Of a stretch of 64,000 nt of DNA, positions 53,801 through 62,766 are shown one piece after another; position 1 is the first letter of the stretch; every line of letters begins with the position of its first letter. This DNA is from Coleofasciculus sp. B1-GNL1-01. Its GTDB lineage: Bacteria; Cyanobacteriota; Cyanobacteriia; Cyanobacteriales; Coleofasciculaceae. The stretch is taken from NCBI GenBank assembly GCA_040220235.1, contig JAVJTO010000102.1; one strand, written 5' to 3'. A program made the translations under genes and the position numbers. The notes beneath the pieces were generated by a model. It worked only from the letters and a program-made list of their open reading frames with translations, was not told the origin of the DNA and did no database searches.

Positions 53801-55961
53801 CGGTGAAATTCTAAAGGGATTGGTCAAAGTTGCTTTTGCCGCCTTTCCAGAAATAGCCAAGAAAATCAATGCCAAGATTGACCAGGCAGTTAAAAAAGCA
53901 GAGAAAGCGGTTAATGCTGCTGCTGACTTATTAAAGAAAGGAATTTCTGCGGTTCTCGATTTCCTTGCCAATACCTTAGATTCTCTGTTAGGTCTCATCC
54001 AAGATCTTTACAACGGCGCTCTCACCGTTATCGGCATGATTATTAACGGTGAGTTTGCTGAACTGTTCACACGTATTGGCAACCTAGTGGAAGCGGCTAA
54101 GACAGCACCAGCCCAATTTGAAACGGCGGCTTTAGAGGAACTGTTGGGCGGAAATCTTGACCAACCGCTCTCACCCCAAGAATTATCCCAAGCAGCGACC
54201 ATGGGTATTAGTTTACCCAGCCAACAAGGAGAAAATAAAGCACAAGGGAGTGAAGCGTCAGAATTACCAAGTCCCCCTTGGACAACTGACAATGTTGGCG
54301 TTGATGGCGTAGAAAACAACATGGAACTCTCCCCTGAGTTAGTCACCCAGTTAATGGAACAAACCAATGGTGATGGGGAAGTCATGCTGGGTGAGTCCAA
54401 TGATGAGAGTCGCTCAATGGACACGATTATGGCTGAAGCCACTGGTCAAAAACAGGAGGGAGGAGAACAAGCCCCAGAAACTATTCCCAATGATGGACTC
54501 ACTCCCAAACAGCGGGCAGAAATCAAATGGGAGATGATGAAACAAGGGATTAGTCAGTGGTGGTCAGATAATTGGCCCATCGTTTTGGGTGCAGGAGTTG
54601 TCGGGGTTGCGGGATTCATTGCGGCAAATATCGTTACAGGTGGAGCGATAACGGCGGCTTTACCAACCATCATGGCAGTCGTTGGTCCCTTATTTGCCGG
54701 AGTGACCATTGCTCAAATTGGGGGTCATATCCGCGATTATCTGGCTAAGGGTTGGGAAGGAGAAATCCAACCCGGAGGTAAGAGTTTAGCCAAAGGGTTA
54801 GCCGCAGGAGCGATTGAATTAGTGTCCTGGTTGACCTTCAAAGTCGGTGGAGCAGCCCTTAAGGGGGCGAAGGCGGCGGCTAAAGGGGCGAAGGCATTAG
54901 CTAAAGGAGGTATCCAAGTTGCTAAGAAGGTTACGCAAGCAGTTATTAAGGGTGCGAAGTACCTGATTAAGAAGGGTAAGGTACTGTTTAAGGGCATTGC
55001 TGAAAGCGGTATCGGTAAACAGTTTAAACGTCTCCAGGATTTAGGTCAGGGACTGTTGAACAAGATGCGGTTTAAGGCTTTCCGTATTCGGGTTAAGAAT
55101 CGAAGATTTCAACTTGAAGGATTGATAAATCCTTGGATACTTCTTGCTAATGGAAGGATTATAGAACTCCAACAAGACGAATTGCCAGAATTGACTAGGG
55201 TAGGAGACGAACTGAAGACTCCAGCAGGTCGTGGACAGGTTGTTGCACTTGGGGACGATTTACCCAATAATCAGCTAGTATCACTTATTGATAGACGTTC
55301 TCCAAAGGGTACAAAAACTCAGATAGTAGATGGCAGAAAAAGTAAGGTAGAGACTGATACTCCACGCAATAGTGCTGAAGATGCAATTCCTCGAGAAGAT
55401 TATGAAAAATTAGTAGAGGAGTGGAATAAATACCAACAGCAACTAGCTCAACGCCGTCACAAAGGTATGCAAAAACATTCTCAAGGAACTGCTCAAGGAG
55501 ACTGGGAAAGATATCAACACTATATGGCTGAACGTGGTCGCAAAGCGGCTGGGGAACCAATGACATTTGAAGAATGGATTGAACTTAGCCGTAAAAAAGC
55601 TTCTTCGCCAAAACTCACTCCAGAGCAACAAGCAGCACATGATAGCCTGGGTAACTGGGGAGATCCAAATTCAAAGGTTTATGGTCATGCTGTAAAAACC
55701 CATGGACCCCAAAGGAATCCTCAAGAACTGATAGATCGTGTTCGCAGTACAAATAATCCCCAGGGACATTGGAAAAATGAAGAATTTATCATCGAAGCCG
55801 AACAACTAGCACCTGTTGAACCGGGTGAACACATTATCAACATGGGTAAACCAGTGGGTGATGTCTATCTTCCTAATGGAGAAATACTCAAAGATGTCAA
55901 GATTGTAAAGGTCATTCGTAATACCGACGGAACAGTAAAAACAGCGTACCCTTTTAGTTAA
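50880..55961 (+). CDS. Large polymorphic toxin, eCIS-cargo-like, with a putative RNase A-like C-terminal domain
   Basis: (I/V)QRQ and NFLxxPVN repeats; coiled coil; hydrophobic/amphipathic helices; tip GHAVKTHG...KTAYP. Confidence 0.75.
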   Translation: MSSHEHLWKKGFSKPNSTPVPNPFTIQRRRAKVLSPTLSPQEKLQLKQQADQISQVGYNSQKIPLQSPAPTAEASPIQSKAGEITKQQPTTDTVDIQADASEVQDETKKPEDLAFAEASDASVADSSIQRQEIPDSEAEAIPESDTDSIDNPEEEADIQAKAEQPSRNFLELPVNAPGTSPSSIQRQVNFGGLGNSIQQQPVENEEKVEPEAEQEAQESDETIQRQEIPEAEEDEISSSESQTVQRQGETSDTPAQQTEQSEEYHNFLDIPVNVPGTPSSSIQRQVNLGRLSNQVVQPIKSTPNPRLNRLNTFTSQRIESPVKPVNPVLNQSPAQTVQRQDNTEDEDIQNQPLQEPEEETVQKKETQSPSSDATATPSLEQSIPQQENESEPEQQELDTLKPKKLSDKSSEFLSDKQQPLSLQQGQVKPESLEAKKLEDNPLELTSNKEQQIPQTQVESVAAKENQQSETSTKEQPQEKVETPVESQAETGTGGSMGNAPTAPTAMTPQTQEASLSGGTGGEGAASAPQEAVTITAEDPGQIIEQLKNTPPTQAVAAYAQAEAASVPALAKQKQNLQETIPEIPAPTGLPAQGTEATQTAEKAATKAAQSKGEPKVEVKTEGSAQPEAKYDTQVPEAPPAPPPAPTQLAGGKVQQEGQNDEALSRSAQQALSNVQMNTSQISTSAGERPNVDLKGEANPAQIQSAQAQSNQELQTAKAQAVADTNQDFGENSIFPKASNETLKANKELSAIAPPTMQGLESPTVPGEDAGGLNQSLTPLLREKIGAEQEKYRAGKDKFDTDTAQARTDADQEIAGLDEQTKQKQIAEQEQAKAEVTQARQEWRTELDTVDQDYQEKASQASQEQRDKIDTEKLKGEEKAAQHLEDAEKEVEQEKQKADKEANKKKEEGEKESGGFWGWVKSKAKALIDGIKKAVNFIYDNLRKAVKAIFDAAKKLATAAIDLARQAIVGLIKVFGEILKGLVKVAFAAFPEIAKKINAKIDQAVKKAEKAVNAAADLLKKGISAVLDFLANTLDSLLGLIQDLYNGALTVIGMIINGEFAELFTRIGNLVEAAKTAPAQFETAALEELLGGNLDQPLSPQELSQAATMGISLPSQQGENKAQGSEASELPSPPWTTDNVGVDGVENNMELSPELVTQLMEQTNGDGEVMLGESNDESRSMDTIMAEATGQKQEGGEQAPETIPNDGLTPKQRAEIKWEMMKQGISQWWSDNWPIVLGAGVVGVAGFIAANIVTGGAITAALPTIMAVVGPLFAGVTIAQIGGHIRDYLAKGWEGEIQPGGKSLAKGLAAGAIELVSWLTFKVGGAALKGAKAAAKGAKALAKGGIQVAKKVTQAVIKGAKYLIKKGKVLFKGIAESGIGKQFKRLQDLGQGLLNKMRFKAFRIRVKNRRFQLEGLINPWILLANGRIIELQQDELPELTRVGDELKTPAGRGQVVALGDDLPNNQLVSLIDRRSPKGTKTQIVDGRKSKVETDTPRNSAEDAIPREDYEKLVEEWNKYQQQLAQRRHKGMQKHSQGTAQGDWERYQHYMAERGRKAAGEPMTFEEWIELSRKKASSPKLTPEQQAAHDSLGNWGDPNSKVYGHAVKTHGPQRNPQELIDRVRSTNNPQGHWKNEEFIIEAEQLAPVEPGEHIINMGKPVGDVYLPNGEILKDVKIVKVIRNTDGTVKTAYPFS

Positions 55962-55973
55962 AAGATAGCCAAT

Positions 55974-56504
55974 ATGAGTCAAGAATTTCAAATATCTTAC
56001 TGGTGGAAGAAGCGAAATAAACCTGGTTCTTTCATGGAAATAGTAGATGCAAGTAAACTCTCTATTTGTTTAGATTACTTCTTATCAATTTACCAAGGTC
56101 AGTTTACAGTCAGTGTTCAAGGTCATGAGGCGTGCTTCGATTTAGACCCAGATTTATCGACGATTTTTGAGACGATTCCTAATGTTTTGACAAAACTTAC
56201 AAAAGACACAAACCACGCATTAGAAATTGATTTCTTTGAGCAAGGTACAGATGTGGGAATGTTGATGGAACGCCAAGATAATGTCATTCAAATCCGTTTT
56301 GAGACTGCACCGGGTTCGGGGATGAGATTTAAGTTTTTACCTGATACATATATTCCCGTTCAAGCTAATCAGTTTTTAGAGCAGTGGCTGCAATTCATCA
56401 GAGCTGTGTTGAAGGCTCTCTTGGAATTGCAACCTGAACTTTTGAGTGATGAAAGTTACCAACAATATTGTACTCAACTTGAGCTTGTGGAATCTCAAAT
56501 TTAA
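55974..56504 (+). CDS. Putative immunity protein
   Basis: 12 bp after the toxin stop; small, acidic, AT-rich; FFEQG motif. Confidence 0.65.
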   Translation: MSQEFQISYWWKKRNKPGSFMEIVDASKLSICLDYFLSIYQGQFTVSVQGHEACFDLDPDLSTIFETIPNVLTKLTKDTNHALEIDFFEQGTDVGMLMERQDNVIQIRFETAPGSGMRFKFLPDTYIPVQANQFLEQWLQFIRAVLKALLELQPELLSDESYQQYCTQLELVESQI

Positions 56505-56625
56505 ATTTAAATGGGTATCTCTGAAAATCAATCTGGCTCCGAAAAATAAACAATAAAATCCTTTAATTTTACACATTATTGCTAGTGAATGAGCTAGTTT
56601 TGAGACTGGAGATTAAAAGCTCGGT

Positions 56626-57798
56626 ATGGAAAACAGTACAGAATATTATTCCTTCAGTAACCAACTATCTTTCTTCGGTAATTTGGAATCACCCCTAGCG
56701 GTCTCAAGGGTAGAACTAGCAATTGCTGGATGGGATGAGAATACCACAAGATGCCATTTAACTTTCAAAGTTAGCCCAGGAGTATATCGACGGATTGACA
56801 CTGAAGCCTTATTTAACCTCAAACCAGAAATCCGCAGTCCTTTCTCAAATGGCGCTTTTCAAGCCGCAACTGATATTACAATCAAAGCAACTTTAGACCC
56901 TGCTTTGCTACCTGAGCTAACTGCAAATTCTACAACTCCAAAACAAGCCGCAACCTACCTACAAAACCTCAGTCAAGAACAACCTAATCATCCTCTCCTC
57001 TCCGTGCATAGTTGGTACGCCACAGAAGTCAGCCAAAACAAAACTAGCTATCGTACTCTCTGGTATTATCTTAACCCTGCCGACATTACTGCTAACGGCA
57101 TTGAGCCTGAAAAAATGAATGAAGCGATGTTCAATTTTGCCCAGGAATGGGCTAACACTAATGGTTCAGGAGTTACTGAAGATGCTGTGAAAGAAGCAGT
57201 GGAGGACATGATCCAAAACTTTGCCGAGATAACTGACAGTATTTCGGAAATGACTCAGGAGATGGTTTCAGAAACTGTCGAGGAGATGACAAATGCCTTT
57301 GCTGAACTAGCTGAAAGTATTTCTGAGATAACCGAAGAAGTTGCTTCAGAAAGGACTATTTTTCAGGTGATGACCAGTTTTTTTCAAGAGGAGGAATGGG
57401 CATTTAAGCAGCTAGATAACTCAACGTTGCATCTCCTATTTCAAGGAAAAAATGGTCAGTTCAACTGCTATGCTAGAGCCAGAGAAGCACAGCAACAATT
57501 CGTTTTTTATTCCCTCTGTCCAGTTAAAGTTACTCAGAAGAAGCGCAAACAGTTAGGAGAGTTTGTTTGTCGCGCTAACTTTGGCATGATTATCGGTAAC
57601 TTTGAACTAGACTTCAACACAGGTGAAATTCGCTACAAAACTAGCATTGATATTAAGGATAGCTTCCTGACCGAAGAAACATTGAAACAGTTGGTTTATA
57701 CCAATGTTTTAACTATGGATCAATACATTCCGGGTATTGAAGCCGTGATTTCTAGCAAAAAATCACCGGAAGAGGCGATCGCACAAATCGAATCCTGA
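56626..57798 (+). CDS. YbjN-domain (type III chaperone-like fold) protein with N-terminal extension
   Basis: C-terminal FQGKNGQFNCYA...FVFYS.CP...EF..RANFGMIIGNFELDF..GEIRYKTSID. Confidence 0.85.
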   Translation: MENSTEYYSFSNQLSFFGNLESPLAVSRVELAIAGWDENTTRCHLTFKVSPGVYRRIDTEALFNLKPEIRSPFSNGAFQAATDITIKATLDPALLPELTANSTTPKQAATYLQNLSQEQPNHPLLSVHSWYATEVSQNKTSYRTLWYYLNPADITANGIEPEKMNEAMFNFAQEWANTNGSGVTEDAVKEAVEDMIQNFAEITDSISEMTQEMVSETVEEMTNAFAELAESISEITEEVASERTIFQVMTSFFQEEEWAFKQLDNSTLHLLFQGKNGQFNCYARAREAQQQFVFYSLCPVKVTQKKRKQLGEFVCRANFGMIIGNFELDFNTGEIRYKTSIDIKDSFLTEETLKQLVYTNVLTMDQYIPGIEAVISSKKSPEEAIAQIES

Positions 57799-57824
57799 CG
57801 ACAACGCGCGATCGCACTTCTCCC

Positions 57825-60800
57825 TTACTCGTCAATCACAGCCGTGCGGTCAAGCAATAGCAGCGATCGCAACTGATCGGTGTCCATATCCGTGACCCAG
57901 TTTTCACCCGCTTCTACCGTCTGTTCCGCCAACTGCTTCTTACTTTCAATCATGTCATTAATCCGTTCTTCCAGCGTCCCCGTACAGACAAACTTATGCA
58001 CCTGTACATTGCGAGTTTGACCAATTCTAAACGCCCGATCTGTCGCCTGATTCTCCACCGCCGGATTCCACCAGCGATCAATGTGGAAGACGTGATTTGC
58101 CCGGGTCAAATTTAGTCCTGTTCCTCCCGCTTTTAAGGATAAAATCAGAATCGGGGGTCCTTCCGGGTCATTTTGGAAACGGTCAATCATTTCCTCCCGT
58201 TGCTTCTTGCGAGTTGCGCCATAGAGGAACAAGATTTCCTGATCAAATTGTTTGGCTAAATAGGGTTTCAGCAGTTTCCCCCATTCCGCAAACTGGGTAA
58301 AAATTAACGCGCGATCGCCTTCCGAAATCGCTTCGTCTAACATTTCCTGTAACCGCAGTAATTTCCCGGAACGCTTGGCGTCTTTTAAGGATTTCTCCTT
58401 TAATAATTGGGCGGGATGATTACAGACTTGTTTGAGTCGCATCAGCAAGGTTAAAATTAATCCCTTGCGCTGAATTCCCTCCGCTGCTTCAATTTCAACT
58501 AAGGATTCATCCACCAATTTCTGATACAGAGTTGCCTGTTCTGCGGCGAGTCCACAGAATACCGTCATCTCCTGTTTCTCTGGCAAGTCTTGGATAATTG
58601 TCTTATCCGTTTTCAGACGGCGCAGAATAAATGGTTGTACTAGCGATCGCAAAGTTTGTAAGGAATCCCTGTCGCCAAACTTCTCAATCGGCATAGCAAA
58701 GCGGCGTTGGAAAAATTGGCGATCGCCTAAATATGCAGGATTTAGAAAATCTAAAATTGACCACAATTCCGATAATCGGTTCTCCACAGGCGTTCCTGTT
58801 AAAGCAATGCGAAATTCTGTCGGCAGTTTCCGCACAGCTTGGGACTGTTTTGCCCCTGGATTTTTGATATTCTGCGCTTCATCTAGTACAACACCTTGCC
58901 AGGATACCGATTCTAGGCTGGCGGCATCTCGATACACTAATGGATAACTGGTAATCACCAAATCCTTAGTCTTCACTGCTTTAGCAAATGTCTTACCTTT
59001 TGAGCGTTTATCGCCGTGGTGGACGATAGCTTTAAGCGTTGGAGCAAATTTTTTCACCTCCCGTTCCCAGTTTCCGAGTACGGATGTGGGACAGACTAAT
59101 AATGTGGGCGATTCCAGAACATCTTTATCTTTTAAATGAAGCAAAAAGGCAATGGTTTGAATTGTGTTATGACAAAGAATGTTATTTGCCACAAAGTTGT
59201 GATGATGGCTGACTTCAAAATCATACACCCATCCCTCATAGTCGATATCCTCGATGTCCTGAATCTGACAGTAGAAAACCTCTTGATCCAGGAGACGCTG
59301 TAAGCGTTCTTTAGTGAAATTTAATTGGAGTTTGTCGAGTTTGGTATAAGCGTCCAGAGTTTGAGATGTCCACTTCGATGGTTTTTGGTGTCGATAGTCT
59401 CGTTCCGCTACGCCACTGGTAATGCGCTCCATTCCGGCGACAACTCGTTCTAGGCTAGCTCGTGAAAATTGCTGTGAGCCATTGATATAGACTGTGTTGT
59501 GCATCCCCAAATGCCGGATTGGTAATTGAGTCGCTGTGACGGTTTCCGCTACAATATCAGATGCGGGAATTCCTTCTACATTCGTGTTACTGACTCGTTC
59601 ACAGATTTCTGCCAATTTGCGCTGTTTTTCTGGATAATTAAATCCAATCTCTTGTAAGAATCGACGCGCTGAATTGCCACCGATTGTACCATTATGGTAA
59701 GTGCGGATGATTTGTTTGCCATTTGTTGCTTTTTTTTGTTTGGATGAAATTCTTAACCAAATGCCGAAGCGTCGTAGCAGTACAGAGAGTTGCTGAATTA
59801 GTAAAGGGGAAGCTGTACTGATTTCAATACTCCGCATCTGAGAAATAACAGATGCTTCCGCATCGAAATAGTTTTGGAGGAAGATCTTCACTGTATCTCG
59901 ATCTGCCTGCATAATAAAATCAGGGATAGATTTCTGATGCGATCGCATTCCCCAACTGTATCCTTTGGTTTGTAAGAATTCTCGGTAGGTTTGGCTATTG
60001 ATTCGCAGATCTGCCACTCGATTCGGGTAGGTACAAATGCTAGGGGTATTGATTTTCAGGTTGTACCGCTGACCGATTTTTTGGAAGATCTGGAGCAAGT
60101 CTTGTAAACAGTCTTTGTCTTTCTGTGAAATGTTGACCCTTGCTTGATCCGATTGCTCACATCCTTCAGCAATTTGCCAAGCCAGAAACTTCACCAAATC
60201 CGGATCTTCGGGTTGCCCCTGCCAAATCATTTTGGCAGGTACACAGACGTAATCCCCCACCTGAAAATTAGTCGTCCAACCGTGATGGGTTAATAGTTTA
60301 TGACGATAGGTAATCGTAATTCGGCTCCCATCTTTAAGCGTAACGGTGCGTAGTTTTTCCTGCACTCGCTGGCGATAGAGACGCTGAATGGGAGCGGTGG
60401 TCATTTTATGGGTTTGTGAGTCAATGGCATTAACCTGTAACGACTCTATGGGCTGACTCCAAAATCCCTCCCCATCAAATTCAGTGTCTCCAGCATACTG
60501 ATTCCAAATATCTTCAGCTTGGATCACGGTTCCATTGACGGAAATTAATGTACTAGGCGCGACGCATTTTCCTAATCCCATATCGTCCGCTAAACAAGCC
60601 CCTAAACCCCAGCGTTCTAAAAAGGCTAACCAACTGGCTCCTCGGAGTTGATAGGGGCGTAATGTGCCGTTAAAGTCTTGGGGAACATCAATGGGTTCAA
60701 TCGTGCGATTTCCAGTTAAATTAGTAATTAACTCTTGCAGCGCCCCGGATGCTTCAAAGTGAACGACAGGCAATTTTCCTAAAGTTTTAGTATCGCCTGT

Positions 60801-62426
60801 CGCCAGTCGCAAGGCGTCTTCGACTGACAAACTCATATCTTCCTTGGAAGCTTTCATGATGGTTTGCGCCGCCCGCGCATCGGCGGGTTGCAGGGCAATC
60901 CATTCCCCATTCACTTCCACTAAGGGGGATTTGAGGGACATCAACCGTTGGAATTCAGATTTGGAGAGTTTGGTATCACCAATGGCTAAATCCCATTTAA
61001 ATTTCAGCAGGCTTTGTAACCCTAACCGTTCGTCTTTTTTGGATTTGGGTGCTTCTGCGGTAATACTAATACCGAGGCGTTTTTCCCCTGATCCGGGGGC
61101 TAATCCTGGGGGTAAGATAATCCCCAAACCACTGTCTTGCAGTCGCCATGCACTAGCTTTGATAAATTCATACACTTGGACGGGATTGAGTTCACAGAAT
61201 CGGGGACAGCGTTCGTGTAAGCTGGCTTCTAGGGGAGGATAGAGACGAGAGGCTAATCCTAATCCCTTGAGTAGGGTTTCTTGAGGCTGTGCAATGGTTC
61301 GCCCGTGATAGTCTAATTGTTCGATAGGATGCCGCCAAATCGTTTTGGCATCGACTAATAAGTCTGCCTCGTCCATGGCTTGCAAGCAAAAGTCAAGCCG
61401 CCAGTTGGCTTCGTCGGGTTCTGGGGGTTGCAAGACTAAGCAGGTGCGGAAGAGATTTTGGGTTAAGCCTTGGGTGGTGGGAGTCACCAAATGCTGTTGA
61501 ATCGAGGTTGTCCAATTAGACAGGGCGGTATCTAAACGGGCGATCGCCATCGGTTCAACGTTCAGGCTATCCTTGGCGCTACACAGGGCTTGTAGCCATT
61601 CGGGGATGGGTGAGGTGGCGGTTGGGGGTGATAGTGATTCAACCCAGTTTTGCACCTGAGTATTAATGGCGTGTCTTAAAAAGTTGAGGATGAGGGATTG
61701 GGGATTGTTAATTGGTGATTGGGAATATTCTCCCCCATCTCCCTCTGCTTCCCCTGCTTCCCCTGCTTCCACATACGCTTGACAAGCCAAGGGCATAGAT
61801 TGGGTAAACTCGGCTAACCGGGTTTGATCGGTGGCGCTGTCGATCAGGGGTTGCCAGTAGGCGATCGCTTTACCGTTGGGTTGGCGATATAATCCAGGTA
61901 AAAATTTACACCGAGTCAGTAAGTCTAAACTCCAGCGATAGACATGAGTCCAAAATCGTAAGTCTGATCCGACGTAATTATCGGCAACATTGAATCCCCC
62001 TAAGGGCAGAGATTGCAGAAAGGGGAGGGCGGTTGAGGGGGTGAGACGGTAGCCGGAAACCTGCCATTGATGCAGTTCGAGGGAGGAGGAATCTGTCTCG
62101 TCGGTGAGGAGTTGGGCGGAAAGGATTGGGTAGGCTGGTGTCTTGGCTTCTGCGGGGTGAGTGGGTAAGACGAAGACGTGGCTGTGCCAGGAGGCGATCG
62201 CACTCTCGCTGTTTCCTTTGGCTTTTCCGGTTCCAGAGTCGGGCAGGGTTAAACCGCGATCGCTTAAAAATTCGCTTAACTCTGTCTGTGTCATCGCAAA
62301 AGGATGGGGCATAATCCCCGTCTTAGCGGCAGAGTCAACAGAGGCTAAAGGACGCCATTGTTCTCCCCAAATAAATAAATAATTATCAGATTCGCCTGTA
62401 ATCCAACTACCATGTAAAATTGCCAT
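57825..62426 (-). CDS. Snf2-family helicase (intein-containing)
   Basis: LRPYQ, LADDMGLGK|T, LDEAQNIKN, TGTPVEN, GLNL, QATDRAFRIGQ. Confidence 0.96.
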   Translation of the reverse strand: MAILHGSWITGESDNYLFIWGEQWRPLASVDSAAKTGIMPHPFAMTQTELSEFLSDRGLTLPDSGTGKAKGNSESAIASWHSHVFVLPTHPAEAKTPAYPILSAQLLTDETDSSSLELHQWQVSGYRLTPSTALPFLQSLPLGGFNVADNYVGSDLRFWTHVYRWSLDLLTRCKFLPGLYRQPNGKAIAYWQPLIDSATDQTRLAEFTQSMPLACQAYVEAGEAGEAEGDGGEYSQSPINNPQSLILNFLRHAINTQVQNWVESLSPPTATSPIPEWLQALCSAKDSLNVEPMAIARLDTALSNWTTSIQQHLVTPTTQGLTQNLFRTCLVLQPPEPDEANWRLDFCLQAMDEADLLVDAKTIWRHPIEQLDYHGRTIAQPQETLLKGLGLASRLYPPLEASLHERCPRFCELNPVQVYEFIKASAWRLQDSGLGIILPPGLAPGSGEKRLGISITAEAPKSKKDERLGLQSLLKFKWDLAIGDTKLSKSEFQRLMSLKSPLVEVNGEWIALQPADARAAQTIMKASKEDMSLSVEDALRLATGDTKTLGKLPVVHFEASGALQELITNLTGNRTIEPIDVPQDFNGTLRPYQLRGASWLAFLERWGLGACLADDMGLGKCVAPSTLISVNGTVIQAEDIWNQYAGDTEFDGEGFWSQPIESLQVNAIDSQTHKMTTAPIQRLYRQRVQEKLRTVTLKDGSRITITYRHKLLTHHGWTTNFQVGDYVCVPAKMIWQGQPEDPDLVKFLAWQIAEGCEQSDQARVNISQKDKDCLQDLLQIFQKIGQRYNLKINTPSICTYPNRVADLRINSQTYREFLQTKGYSWGMRSHQKSIPDFIMQADRDTVKIFLQNYFDAEASVISQMRSIEISTASPLLIQQLSVLLRRFGIWLRISSKQKKATNGKQIIRTYHNGTIGGNSARRFLQEIGFNYPEKQRKLAEICERVSNTNVEGIPASDIVAETVTATQLPIRHLGMHNTVYINGSQQFSRASLERVVAGMERITSGVAERDYRHQKPSKWTSQTLDAYTKLDKLQLNFTKERLQRLLDQEVFYCQIQDIEDIDYEGWVYDFEVSHHHNFVANNILCHNTIQTIAFLLHLKDKDVLESPTLLVCPTSVLGNWEREVKKFAPTLKAIVHHGDKRSKGKTFAKAVKTKDLVITSYPLVYRDAASLESVSWQGVVLDEAQNIKNPGAKQSQAVRKLPTEFRIALTGTPVENRLSELWSILDFLNPAYLGDRQFFQRRFAMPIEKFGDRDSLQTLRSLVQPFILRRLKTDKTIIQDLPEKQEMTVFCGLAAEQATLYQKLVDESLVEIEAAEGIQRKGLILTLLMRLKQVCNHPAQLLKEKSLKDAKRSGKLLRLQEMLDEAISEGDRALIFTQFAEWGKLLKPYLAKQFDQEILFLYGATRKKQREEMIDRFQNDPEGPPILILSLKAGGTGLNLTRANHVFHIDRWWNPAVENQATDRAFRIGQTRNVQVHKFVCTGTLEERINDMIESKKQLAEQTVEAGENWVTDMDTDQLRSLLLLDRTAVIDE
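59166..60566 (-). mobile_element. Intein (467 aa) with LAGLIDADG homing endonuclease
   Basis: Starts CVAPSTLI after GLGK; block B ITITYRHKLL; FLAWQIAEG and FLQNYFDAEA; ends VYDFEV..HNFVANNILCHN|T. Confidence 0.96.
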
Positions 62427-62766
62427 GTTTATAGAAAAATGAAAATAGAATCCAAGACTATCAATTGCTGCTTGTCAAATTTTAATCAATGGGTGTGAGG
62501 CAGCAACTCTCGCACTCAGTCGGGGCAAGGTTAGTCCCATCTGGATGAGACAAGAAACGATACTCGTAAAACTCGACCTGACTGAACTCAAAACTCAGAC
62601 ACGCAATGGGTCTGGAAAATTCAAAACTCAAAACTCAAAACCAGGTTCCCTTGAACGGACGTGAAGGGTGAAAACTTAACACCCTTCTCAAAGCAGCATT
62701 ATTCCATAAATGCTAGGATTGCGACAGAGAAAAAAACGTGATAAACAGAGAAGGGTAACGAACCAA

